A DNA stretch of 64,000 nucleotides from an uncultured Clostridia bacterium (GCA_947623225.1 CANQGO010000006.1:1732-65731); one strand, 5' to 3'; counted from the first letter of the stretch, positions 30,706-38,502 are shown. Numbers and translations: made by a program. Notes: a model not told the origin generated them from the sequence alone.

Positions 30706-31611
30706 ATGATCGCATATGAAGGGAAAGAGCCTTATGTTTTTGCCTCTTATTCTCACAAGGATACCGACCGGGTACTCAGGCTCATCACTCTGCTCAAACA
30801 AAAAATGTGCAGGATCTGGTATGACGACGGACTGACGCCGGGCGAATCCTGGAACGATGATATTGCACGGCATCTGGTCGGTTGCTCGCAATTTCTTGTA
30901 TTCATATCGCCCCACTCTGTCGTGTCGAAATATGTACTCTCGGAGATCAACTACGCGCTTGCCAAAAACAAAAATATTCTGCCCGTCATACTGAGCAAAA
31001 CGACGCTGCCGCCGGGACTGGAGATGATGCTGAGTACCATCCAATTCCTCGACGTCTCCGATATCGATGACGTGAATAAGTCCGTGGGTATGATAGCCGA
31101 GTCCTTGAACGCTTCCGTTTTTTCCGTTGCAAAGGCACCGTTCTTGGAGGATCTGGGGTATGCCTTCTACATGCACACTCGAGACGTTGACAGAAAGAAT
31201 ACCGGCAAATGCTGCGCCGCTACAGTTTTTTGCAGGGATGAGCACGAAAATGAGGTGGAACTATTTGATCTGCAGAGGCTCGGCGCATATGACGCTTCGT
31301 ACAACCTGTCCTCTGTAGAGCCTGTCAAAGACTACTTCTACACCGGGAAGATACAAGGGATTTACCAGATAAATATCGTCGGGCGATTCTCGCTCGAGTA
31401 TCCGCTGTACGGACCGGATGTGGACGTCTTGCTTATTTTCATATTGAGAATACCACGTCACGGAGCACCCACTCTGAAACTCGTAGACTATCAATATGTA
31501 AATGCGTTTGCATCCCTTGACTATGAGGATGAGGAAGATCCGGATACCCTCGGCGAAAAAGGTTGGAGCACGCAGATAAAGGAATATTTAGAAAAAATAT
31601 TGTGCAAATAG
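30706..31611 (+). CDS. TIR-domain protein with uncharacterised C-terminal domain
   Basis: 301 aa. Residues 1 to about 130 carry TIR hallmarks: YVFASYSHKD, RIWYDD, and FLVFISPHSVVSKYVLSEINYA with Glu80 at the catalytic-glutamate position. I recognise no motif in the C-terminal ~165 aa. Confidence 0.8.
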   Translation: MIAYEGKEPYVFASYSHKDTDRVLRLITLLKQKMCRIWYDDGLTPGESWNDDIARHLVGCSQFLVFISPHSVVSKYVLSEINYALAKNKNILPVILSKTTLPPGLEMMLSTIQFLDVSDIDDVNKSVGMIAESLNASVFSVAKAPFLEDLGYAFYMHTRDVDRKNTGKCCAATVFCRDEHENEVELFDLQRLGAYDASYNLSSVEPVKDYFYTGKIQGIYQINIVGRFSLEYPLYGPDVDVLLIFILRIPRHGAPTLKLVDYQYVNAFASLDYEDEEDPDTLGEKGWSTQIKEYLEKILCK

Positions 31612-31661
31612 CGGGCTTGGTTTGACTTTTGCCTATATAATAGCAATTGCACGGAGGAAAT

Positions 31662-32363
31662 ATGTCTATCGAAACGCTATGCGACGAAATCGATTCGAAG
31701 TATGAACAGCTAAAGGCGATACTGAACACTGCAGATCTGAGTAAAATAATAGAAACCGCTCTGGAAATGCATGCTTTGGTCCATCCTTCCGCGATTTCAG
31801 GCATAGCAGATAAAACAATTGCCGATCACGTACTGGAGTACATGATGCAAGGCAATCAAAACGAACTTGTTCCGAGAAAAAACTTCGACGCCTATGCACT
31901 ACGACGGTACCGCTATCGTGCCTCTTGTTTGGCAGTTTTGGCACACATACCGTATAGAGGATCTTGTCACCAATATCTTGTTGGGAAACAGGCCGCAGAT
32001 ATTTAACTCTGAATGGCAGCGTAGGATAGGCTCACCTATTGCAGATACCGGCAATGCTTTGGAATATAATGAAGCGATAGCGTTCGGCAAAGCCATCAAC
32101 ACAGATGAACTGCTCAACTATATGATAGCCGTAGGCAAAAATACGAGAGAGATCATCCGCTCGCCGACCATGGAGAAGATACGATCATGGCACCTGAAGA
32201 ATGGGTCATGCGTATCCTCGAAGAAGGCGGCGTCACTACGGATTTTCGCTCGGTATGGCTGTTGGTGTTTGGGGGAAGGCTGACCGGAGGCGGAATGATC
32301 TTGACACCACTTACATGCCATCACACGATGCACCTTTTTGCTTGCTTGGACAAAATACGCTGA
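31662..32363 (+). pseudogene. DinB-like (DinB_2/DUF664-type) gene disrupted by two compensating frameshifts
   Basis: Three colinear ORF pieces: frame 0 (31662-32006), frame +1 (31867-32283) and frame 0 again (32187-32363). The middle piece reads PLVWQFWHTYRIEDLVTNILLG and the last CHHTMHLFACLDKIR, which are DinB-like His-containing helices. The first shift coincides with the A6 run at 31877-31882. Confidence 0.45.
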
Positions 32364-32373
32364 ATGAATACGA

Positions 32374-32925
32374 TTGAAAATGTTTACAGGTGCTTTTAAC
32401 AAGAAAAACAACTTCTATGACAGAAAATGGGTGCATGACAGATGGGGCCTGACATACACCATCGATCAAACATTATTTGAAGCAATTGCCGACAAAATCA
32501 GGCAAATTTTAGGCGAAAAAACGAAATATACGGTACAGGACGCATACGCTTATTTTCGTATTGCTTACCATGCGTATCAGATAGACTACCGCCAATTTTA
32601 CAACTATTGCAGTAGCGAGAAGGTAAAATATGCGGATTTGACACAGCCGACCATAAGCAACGACAACGATATCGAACTGCTGGCGGAAGGATCCGGTCGG
32701 TTTTTCTCATATCTCGTGGACGAACATTTTACAAACGAAAAGGCTCTCACGCTGGTGATAGATAACAGTACCGTTCGCGAGTTGTTTTCAACTGCCTCGC
32801 GTGACAATATCATATTGGTCATAGGCTCTTTTGACGAAGCGACCATCAATTCAATGAAAGTTTTGCTCAGTCCTAATATTCCAGAGATCGAATACGCGCT
32901 GGAATTTTTCAGACTACACTGCTGA
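32374..32925 (+). CDS. hypothetical protein
   Basis: 183-aa ORF starting 10 nt after the DinB-like stop. It has no obvious SD and no recognised motif. It is AT-rich, like the neighbouring genes. Confidence 0.5.
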   Translation: MKMFTGAFNKKNNFYDRKWVHDRWGLTYTIDQTLFEAIADKIRQILGEKTKYTVQDAYAYFRIAYHAYQIDYRQFYNYCSSEKVKYADLTQPTISNDNDIELLAEGSGRFFSYLVDEHFTNEKALTLVIDNSTVRELFSTASRDNIILVIGSFDEATINSMKVLLSPNIPEIEYALEFFRLHC

Positions 32926-33014
32926 CCGCGTCCACTGTTGCGGCGTTTCCATTGTTGTTTTTAACTATCCCATTGCACTACTCTTCCGTATATGCAAAAA
33001 TTGTTCAATAATTA

Positions 33015-33055
33015 TTCGTAAAATATTTGCTTTACGAATAGATATTCGTTATAAT
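33015..33055 (+). promoter_or_regulatory. promoter (TTGCTT-17-TATAAT) with overlapping operator-like inverted repeats
   Basis: The -35 is at 33027-33032 and the -10 at 33050-33055. IR1 is TTCGTAAA-n8-TTTACGAA (33015-33038). IR2 is CGAATAGATATTCG (33035-33048), inside the spacer. Confidence 0.5.
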
Positions 33056-33124
33056 ATTGGCAGATCCTATTTTTTTTGCAGAATTTGCAAGAAATAAAAT
33101 TCAAGTCGACATGGGGAGACGGAT

Positions 33125-34189
33125 ATGAGTCAGACATATTTCAACGGCAGAGACGCCGAAAATCTCGAGAAATTGGATAGAATACTGGAGGAGGATCTGC
33201 CGGAATTTTGCAGAGAATACTTCGTCGGCATATCTTCCAATACAACTCCGCTGACGCGGCTGAACTATGCATACGACATACGTACATTTTTCAAGTACCT
33301 TGTAGCCAAAATAGCGCGATTTCGCGGGAAAAGTACCAAGGACATAACGCCGGAGGATATAGAATCCCTATCGCCGTTTGAGATAGAGGCATATCTCAGC
33401 TACGTAGAGATATATCGCAAAGACGGCAATATCGTAAAAAACGGAGAGCGCGGCAAGAGCAGAAAACTTGCCGCCATCCGCTCCATGGTGAAATATTTCG
33501 AAAAGAAACAGCTGATACGCTACAATCCTACAGCCTCCGTCGATACGCCCAAACTGCACGAGAAGGAGATCATAAGGTTGGATGGCGACGAGATAGAGAC
33601 CATGCTGGACGTGGTAGATACGGGAGACGGACTGACGGCGCGTCAGCAAAAGTACCAGGAAAACACCCGCATACGGGATCTGGCGATGGTCAGTTTGCTA
33701 CTCGGTACCGGTATCCGTGTAAGCGAATTGGTTGGTATCGACATCTCCGACGTGAACTTCGACGATCTGAGTTTTGTAGTGACGCGCAAGGGCGGGGCGC
33801 GCGTTATATTGTACTTTTCCGAAGAGGTCGCCGGGTATCTGCGCGACTACTACGACATGAGAACAGCGGACGAGTCGGTGAAAAACGAGCCTGCACTATT
33901 CCTGTCATTGCAAAAAAGGCGTATCACCACCCGTGCGGTGGAGAATATTGTCAAAAAATACAGCCTCGTCGCTACGCCGCTGAAGCATATAACGCCGCAC
34001 AAGTTGCGCTCTACTTTCGGCACGCAACTCTACCGCAATACAGGCGATATATACGTCGTAGCGGACGTATTGGGGCACAAGGATGTCAACACGACCAAGC
34101 GGCATTACGCCGCGATCACAGACGATATACGGCGCAACGCGTCGGTAAAGGTAAGTCTGCGCAAACCTCCAAGAGACGAAGATGATTGA
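33125..34189 (+). CDS. tyrosine recombinase (XerC/XerD-like, phage-integrase family)
   Basis: 354 aa with an N-terminal SAM-like domain and catalytic-domain residues (R in LLLGTGIRVSEL, HKLRSTF, GHKDVNTTKRHY). Its stop overlaps the hflX start by 8 nt. Confidence 0.85.
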   Translation: MSQTYFNGRDAENLEKLDRILEEDLPEFCREYFVGISSNTTPLTRLNYAYDIRTFFKYLVAKIARFRGKSTKDITPEDIESLSPFEIEAYLSYVEIYRKDGNIVKNGERGKSRKLAAIRSMVKYFEKKQLIRYNPTASVDTPKLHEKEIIRLDGDEIETMLDVVDTGDGLTARQQKYQENTRIRDLAMVSLLLGTGIRVSELVGIDISDVNFDDLSFVVTRKGGARVILYFSEEVAGYLRDYYDMRTADESVKNEPALFLSLQKRRITTRAVENIVKKYSLVATPLKHITPHKLRSTFGTQLYRNTGDIYVVADVLGHKDVNTTKRHYAAITDDIRRNASVKVSLRKPPRDEDD

Positions 34190-35441
34190 GAACAAGATAA
34201 AAATAGAGAATGTAGCCCTTATGTATGTGGAATTGCCGTCGGCGAACTCCGAGCAGGATATATACGAGCTGACGGAGCTTATCCACACGGCGCAGGGGGA
34301 AGTGCGGTTGCAATGCACTCAGAAAAGAAATTCGCTTGACCCGACCACGGTCATAGGCAAGGGCAAATTGGACGAATTGAAGAGAGCCATCGAGTTGTCC
34401 GACGAGGATATTCACCTGGTTATATTTTCCTGTCCGCTGACGTCCACGCAACGCGCCGCGCTGAAGAAGGAACTGGAATGTGACGTTATAGACAAGATTG
34501 ATCTGATCCTGGATATATTTGCACTGCGAGCCACCACCGCCGAGGGTAAAAAACAGGTGGAATTGGCGCAACTATCGTACAATCTCGCCACCAAACCGGA
34601 AGGCGACTTTTCCCGACAGGGCGCAGGTATAGGTACACGCGGTCCGGGAGAAACGAAGTTGGAAACAAACAAGCGCACGGCGCGTGAAAGGATATATCGT
34701 CTGCGGCAGGAACTGAAAGAAATAGAAAAACACCGTATGCTCACGCGCAAACAGCGCGAAGAAAACGGGATATTCACCGTGTCGCTCGTGGGATATACCA
34801 ACGCGGGCAAGTCTACTCTGTTCAACCGTCTGACACGTTCCGAAGTATATGCCGACGACAAACTCTTCGCCACGCTGGACACCACCGTACGCAAAATGAA
34901 GATGCCGAACAACGTAGAGATCCTGCTGTGCGATACCGTGGGATTTATCAAGGATCTGCCACATGCACTGCTGGACGCGTTCAAATCTACGCTGGATGAG
35001 GCCGCGCGTGCGGATCTGCTGTTGAATGTCTGCGATATATCCGACGAAAACGTCGAAAAGCATATAGAGGTCACGGAAAATACGTTGGCAGAATTGGGTA
35101 CTTACGCTCCCATCATCCGCGTATACAACAAATGCGACAAGGCCGCACGTACGAAATTGTCGGATAGCACCATATACTCCGATACGCCGTCCGTATTCAT
35201 CTCTGCCAAAACAGGTAAAAATACGGATATATTGCTGGAAAAGATACAAAGTTATCTGATGAGCAAATATTCCGTCATGACATTGTGCGTCCCGTTGGCG
35301 GAGACCGCCGCCCTGCTCTCCACGCTGCACGCATACAATGCGCAATGTCGGGATGTCGAGTACGGCGAGGGATCCGCCACTATGCAAGTGGTAATTGCCA
35401 AAAGATACGTCCCATTGATAGCAAAATACATTAAATTCTAA
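34182..35441 (+). CDS. hflX: GTPase HflX
   Basis: 419 aa with G motifs GYTNAGKST, DTVGF and NKCD, plus the HflX N-terminal domain. Confidence 0.9.
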   Translation: MIENKIKIENVALMYVELPSANSEQDIYELTELIHTAQGEVRLQCTQKRNSLDPTTVIGKGKLDELKRAIELSDEDIHLVIFSCPLTSTQRAALKKELECDVIDKIDLILDIFALRATTAEGKKQVELAQLSYNLATKPEGDFSRQGAGIGTRGPGETKLETNKRTARERIYRLRQELKEIEKHRMLTRKQREENGIFTVSLVGYTNAGKSTLFNRLTRSEVYADDKLFATLDTTVRKMKMPNNVEILLCDTVGFIKDLPHALLDAFKSTLDEAARADLLLNVCDISDENVEKHIEVTENTLAELGTYAPIIRVYNKCDKAARTKLSDSTIYSDTPSVFISAKTGKNTDILLEKIQSYLMSKYSVMTLCVPLAETAALLSTLHAYNAQCRDVEYGEGSATMQVVIAKRYVPLIAKYIKF

Positions 35442-35447
35442 AAAAAT

Positions 35448-35461
35448 AGAACAAAAGTTTC
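35448..35461. promoter_or_regulatory. LexA (Cheo-type) box candidate
   Basis: AGAACAAAAGTTTC matches the Firmicute consensus CGAACnnnnGTTCG at GAAC-n4-GTTT. A weaker element, GAACGATCGTGT, lies inside the lexA promoter spacer (35482-35493). Confidence 0.55.
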
Positions 35462-35470
35462 TTTTTGGGC

Positions 35471-35499
35471 TTGCATAATATGAACGATCGTGTTACAAT
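35471..35499 (+). promoter_or_regulatory. lexA promoter (TTGCAT-17-TACAAT)
   Basis: Good hexamers with a 17-nt spacer. The -10 ends 6 nt before the lexA ATG. Confidence 0.55.
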
Positions 35500-35505
35500 G
35501 ATCAT

Positions 35506-36111
35506 ATGAAAAAAGGTGACATTCGCTTAGAAGAAGTATACAACTATATAAAACAGTTCATAGACGACAACGGTTTTCCGCCTTCGGTGCGAGAGATAGG
35601 CGAGCAATTTTCCATGAAGTCCACGTCCACCGTGCACTACTATCTTGAGAAATTGCGCAACAAAGGGCTTATATCTCAGAACACAAGCAGAAGGCGCGCA
35701 TTCACCGTAACGAACAAATCGAGAGGACGCGCAAACTTCGTGCCCATGATAGGCACCGTCAGCGCAGGCAAGGGAATGCTGGCGACGGAGAATATCGAAG
35801 GCGAATTTCCTCTGCCGCAAGATATGTTCAACGGGAGCGATCTGTTTATCCTGTGCGTAGAGGGCGACAGCATGACGGAGGTCGGTATATCCGACGGAGA
35901 CTATGTGATAGTCCATTCGCAATCGAGTGCCGAGATAGGCGAGATCGTCGTTGCGCTGTGGCAAGATAAAGCAACGGTCAAAAGGCTACGCGCCACTTCG
36001 CCCAATCTCGTGCTTCACCCGGAAAACAGCAGCATGGAAGATATAGTCATAGAACCGAGCGACGAACCGTCCATTTTGGGCAAGGTAGTCGGCTGCATAA
36101 AGAAATTCTGA
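35506..36111 (+). CDS. lexA: LexA repressor
   Basis: 201 aa with a winged-HTH N-terminus (GFPPSVREIG) and the S24 autopeptidase Ser/Lys dyad (VEGDSM ... VKRL). Confidence 0.95.
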   Translation: MKKGDIRLEEVYNYIKQFIDDNGFPPSVREIGEQFSMKSTSTVHYYLEKLRNKGLISQNTSRRRAFTVTNKSRGRANFVPMIGTVSAGKGMLATENIEGEFPLPQDMFNGSDLFILCVEGDSMTEVGISDGDYVIVHSQSSAEIGEIVVALWQDKATVKRLRATSPNLVLHPENSSMEDIVIEPSDEPSILGKVVGCIKKF

Positions 36112-36124
36112 TCAGATTTGATAC

Positions 36125-36152
36125 GGCGGTGCCATAAGGTGCCGCCTTTTTT
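36125..36152 (+). terminator. rho-independent terminator after lexA (possibly bidirectional)
   Basis: Stem GGCGGTGCC / GGTGCCGCC followed by TTTTTT. It lies between the convergent lexA and 36161-36913 genes. Confidence 0.65.
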
Positions 36153-36160
36153 ATACAATT

Positions 36161-36913
36161 CTAACTCATCAGACTTTTCAAAATACCGTATCGCTCCAAT
36201 TCGCGCGCACATTCGCCCGCATTCCGAACGTATCTGTCCATAAAGCAGGCATGCGCACGATCATGCAGCGGGTGAGAAAAGTGTGCAAAACCGTGAGCGA
36301 TCACATACCTGCGCAGATGCTCGGGCAACTGCGCTATACGAAAATCAAAACAAAGTACACGCTTGCTCGCCAGAGAACAACTGACCCAGAAATCGATATT
36401 GTCTTTATATTCTATCCTGGTGGGACACAGCGACGCCTCGCTGCCGAAATTTGCCACCTCTTCGGAAATACGAGTATTGTCTATGTGCTTGAGAAAACCC
36501 TTGACGGCTTTGGCTATGGACTCCCGCGTTTCGTAATATTTCTCTGCGATATACAGCGTCTCCCCGTCGAGATAGGTCTTGCGTTTCGTCGGGCGAATAT
36601 CCACCGTAACGCCGAGTATCAGCGTCTTTTTGCCTGCAAACAACTCACGGATCATCCCGCCGTCAGCGCATTCGTCGGTATGTTCCTTTTGTGCAACTGA
36701 TTCTACAGCAGATGGTTGATCGCGCGTCTCCCTGTGCGCGCTTATCCATTCGCTGTGACGTTTGATGATCTGTCGGAGTTTTCTGTCGGACAGGAACATA
36801 TTGGCAACCACTTTGAGCACGCCGTCCTCTACACGCATCTGTACTATTCGCTTGACTGTACGAGTGACTTCCACTTTCATACGTAAAAAGATACACCGGA
36901 CATGCCCGATCAT
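36161..36913 (-). CDS. YgjP/DUF45-like metallopeptidase-fold protein with degenerate HExxH (HGFAH)
   Basis: 250-aa ORF; an internal start at MKVEVT is possible. The C-terminal region VIAHGFAHFSHPLHDRAH aligns by eye with the DUF45 HELxHxxxxNH motif, but Gly replaces Glu. Confidence 0.6.
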   Translation of the reverse strand: MIGHVRCIFLRMKVEVTRTVKRIVQMRVEDGVLKVVANMFLSDRKLRQIIKRHSEWISAHRETRDQPSAVESVAQKEHTDECADGGMIRELFAGKKTLILGVTVDIRPTKRKTYLDGETLYIAEKYYETRESIAKAVKGFLKHIDNTRISEEVANFGSEASLCPTRIEYKDNIDFWVSCSLASKRVLCFDFRIAQLPEHLRRYVIAHGFAHFSHPLHDRAHACFMDRYVRNAGECARELERYGILKSLMS

Positions 36914-37008
36914 ATTTATATGTTTTGTATAATACGGCGGAATATTGTCAAAAGAGCCGAATTCTCAACAAGTTTGCCAATCTATGTCAGTAATAGTAGT
37001 TTAAGGTA

Positions 37009-37037
37009 TTGACTTTTTTATGCATATATTCTACAAT
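37009..37037 (+). promoter_or_regulatory. sigma-A type promoter (TTGACT-17-TACAAT)
   Basis: Strong hexamers about 20 nt upstream of the AAGGAGG SD of the PadR-like gene. Confidence 0.6.
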
Positions 37038-37056
37038 ATTCGCAAGGAGGTTGAAC

Positions 37057-38421
37057 ATGAGCGGTGATTTTACCTTTTTGAAGGGAAATATCGAAACAAT
37101 TATTTTGTGCTCACTGTACAACGGCAACAAGTACGGCTACGAAATCGCAAAAGAGATAAAAGAGCGTACAAACAATCGCTATGAGATCAAGCAACCCACG
37201 CTCTACTCCTATCTGAAGAGATTGGAAGAGGACGATCTGATCGTATCGTATTGGGGAGAGAACTCCAACGGCGGTCGTCGACGCTACTACGCGTTGACCA
37301 AGACGGGACGTACCAATTGTGAGCAATTTATCTCCGAATGGCAATACCAACGCTCCGTATTGAGCGAGTTGGTGGACGGCACCGCTACCGGTGTGGAGAT
37401 ATCGCAAGAGGACGCCACTCCGCTATTCGGACGGCGCAGCCCTCGCAAGAACAAGCGCAACGAGTTCCAGGAGGAAATGAATCAGCAGGACGAGATCGCG
37501 CGTCGCTTGCGTGAGCTGACGGGAGCAGATGACACCACTGCCGCGACCGAGGAAGCGGACGAACAGCCCGTCGAAGAAACTGTCGAGGAGCCATCAGAAC
37601 CGGTCGAGCAGCCTGTGACAGCAGAACCCGAGCCTGCACCGGAATCCGTATCGGAGCCGGAGCCGCCCGTCTTGGCGGAAGAACCTGCGCCTGTGGCGGA
37701 AGAACCTGTCGAAGATCCGCTGGCACGCTTCGAAGTCAATCAAGATAATGCAGAGGACTTCATGCAGGACTTCGACGAGAGAGCGCGCGAAGTTACGGAT
37801 CGTCAGCCTGCCGAAGGTGAGAACTATCAGCACATTCTGAATAATATCATCGGCGATCAACTCGATGACGTGGACAGAACGACCGTAGACGCACCGGCTG
37901 CAACTTATTACGAGGACAGGCATGCCGCATTGGAGGACGTCGCAGACAATCTCGCCAAAGAAGGAATACGCCTGCGTATATACAACCATGCAACCGCTAC
38001 ATACAAATCGAAGATGCTCATACCTCAGGCGAAGGTATTATGCGAGACTTCCTGGCTCACGTACATAGTTGCGATCATCTACTTCGGAGTATTTGCGCTG
38101 TGCTCCATCTCCGTTGGCAATTGGCAACCCTTCATCATTGCTCTTGCGATACTGATGCTGGTGCCCATCGGCTTCACCATATACGCCATCGTAGATCCTA
38201 CTCGCAAAAACAAGCCTGCATTTAATTTCAAGATCGCAATGATCATCGCAGGTGCCGTGTGCGTGATAATAATTCTTGCCTCGATAGGCATAAGCGCACT
38301 GAGCAATGTGGAGTTCAGCAATTTCGAGCAGACTTCTCGCAGCATAATGGTACCGCTTGGCGTAGCGATCCTCGTGCCCACATTCATCGGCATATACGAA
38401 GTACTATACAAGCAATATTGA
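37057..38421 (+). CDS. PadR-family regulator fused to an acidic Pro/Glu-rich linker and a 4-TM C-terminal domain
   Basis: ATG 37057 follows an AAGGAGG SD. The N-terminus is a PadR winged HTH (GNIETIILCSL..GYEIAKEI..QPTLYSYLKRLE). An EP-rich stretch of about 100 aa follows, then four hydrophobic helices. Confidence 0.75.
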   Translation: MSGDFTFLKGNIETIILCSLYNGNKYGYEIAKEIKERTNNRYEIKQPTLYSYLKRLEEDDLIVSYWGENSNGGRRRYYALTKTGRTNCEQFISEWQYQRSVLSELVDGTATGVEISQEDATPLFGRRSPRKNKRNEFQEEMNQQDEIARRLRELTGADDTTAATEEADEQPVEETVEEPSEPVEQPVTAEPEPAPESVSEPEPPVLAEEPAPVAEEPVEDPLARFEVNQDNAEDFMQDFDERAREVTDRQPAEGENYQHILNNIIGDQLDDVDRTTVDAPAATYYEDRHAALEDVADNLAKEGIRLRIYNHATATYKSKMLIPQAKVLCETSWLTYIVAIIYFGVFALCSISVGNWQPFIIALAILMLVPIGFTIYAIVDPTRKNKPAFNFKIAMIIAGAVCVIIILASIGISALSNVEFSNFEQTSRSIMVPLGVAILVPTFIGIYEVLYKQY

Positions 38422-38440
38422 TCGAAAAACTTACAATACA

Positions 38441-38478
38441 AAACAGCATTTGCATCGGTTTCGCGAATGCTGTTTTAT
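38441..38478 (+). terminator. rho-independent terminator after the PadR-like gene
   Basis: Stem AACAGCATT / AATGCTGTT followed by TTATTG. Confidence 0.55.
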
Positions 38479-38502
38479 TGTTGCGAGTTTGAAGTCAAAT
38501 AT

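Noticed and set aside
30361-33048. Shared 11-mer CGAATAGATAT between the long palindrome (30361-30371) and the recombinase-promoter palindrome (33035-33045)
   Set aside because: Hundreds of 11-mer matches are expected by chance in 64 kb, so this alone is not evidence of a common operator.
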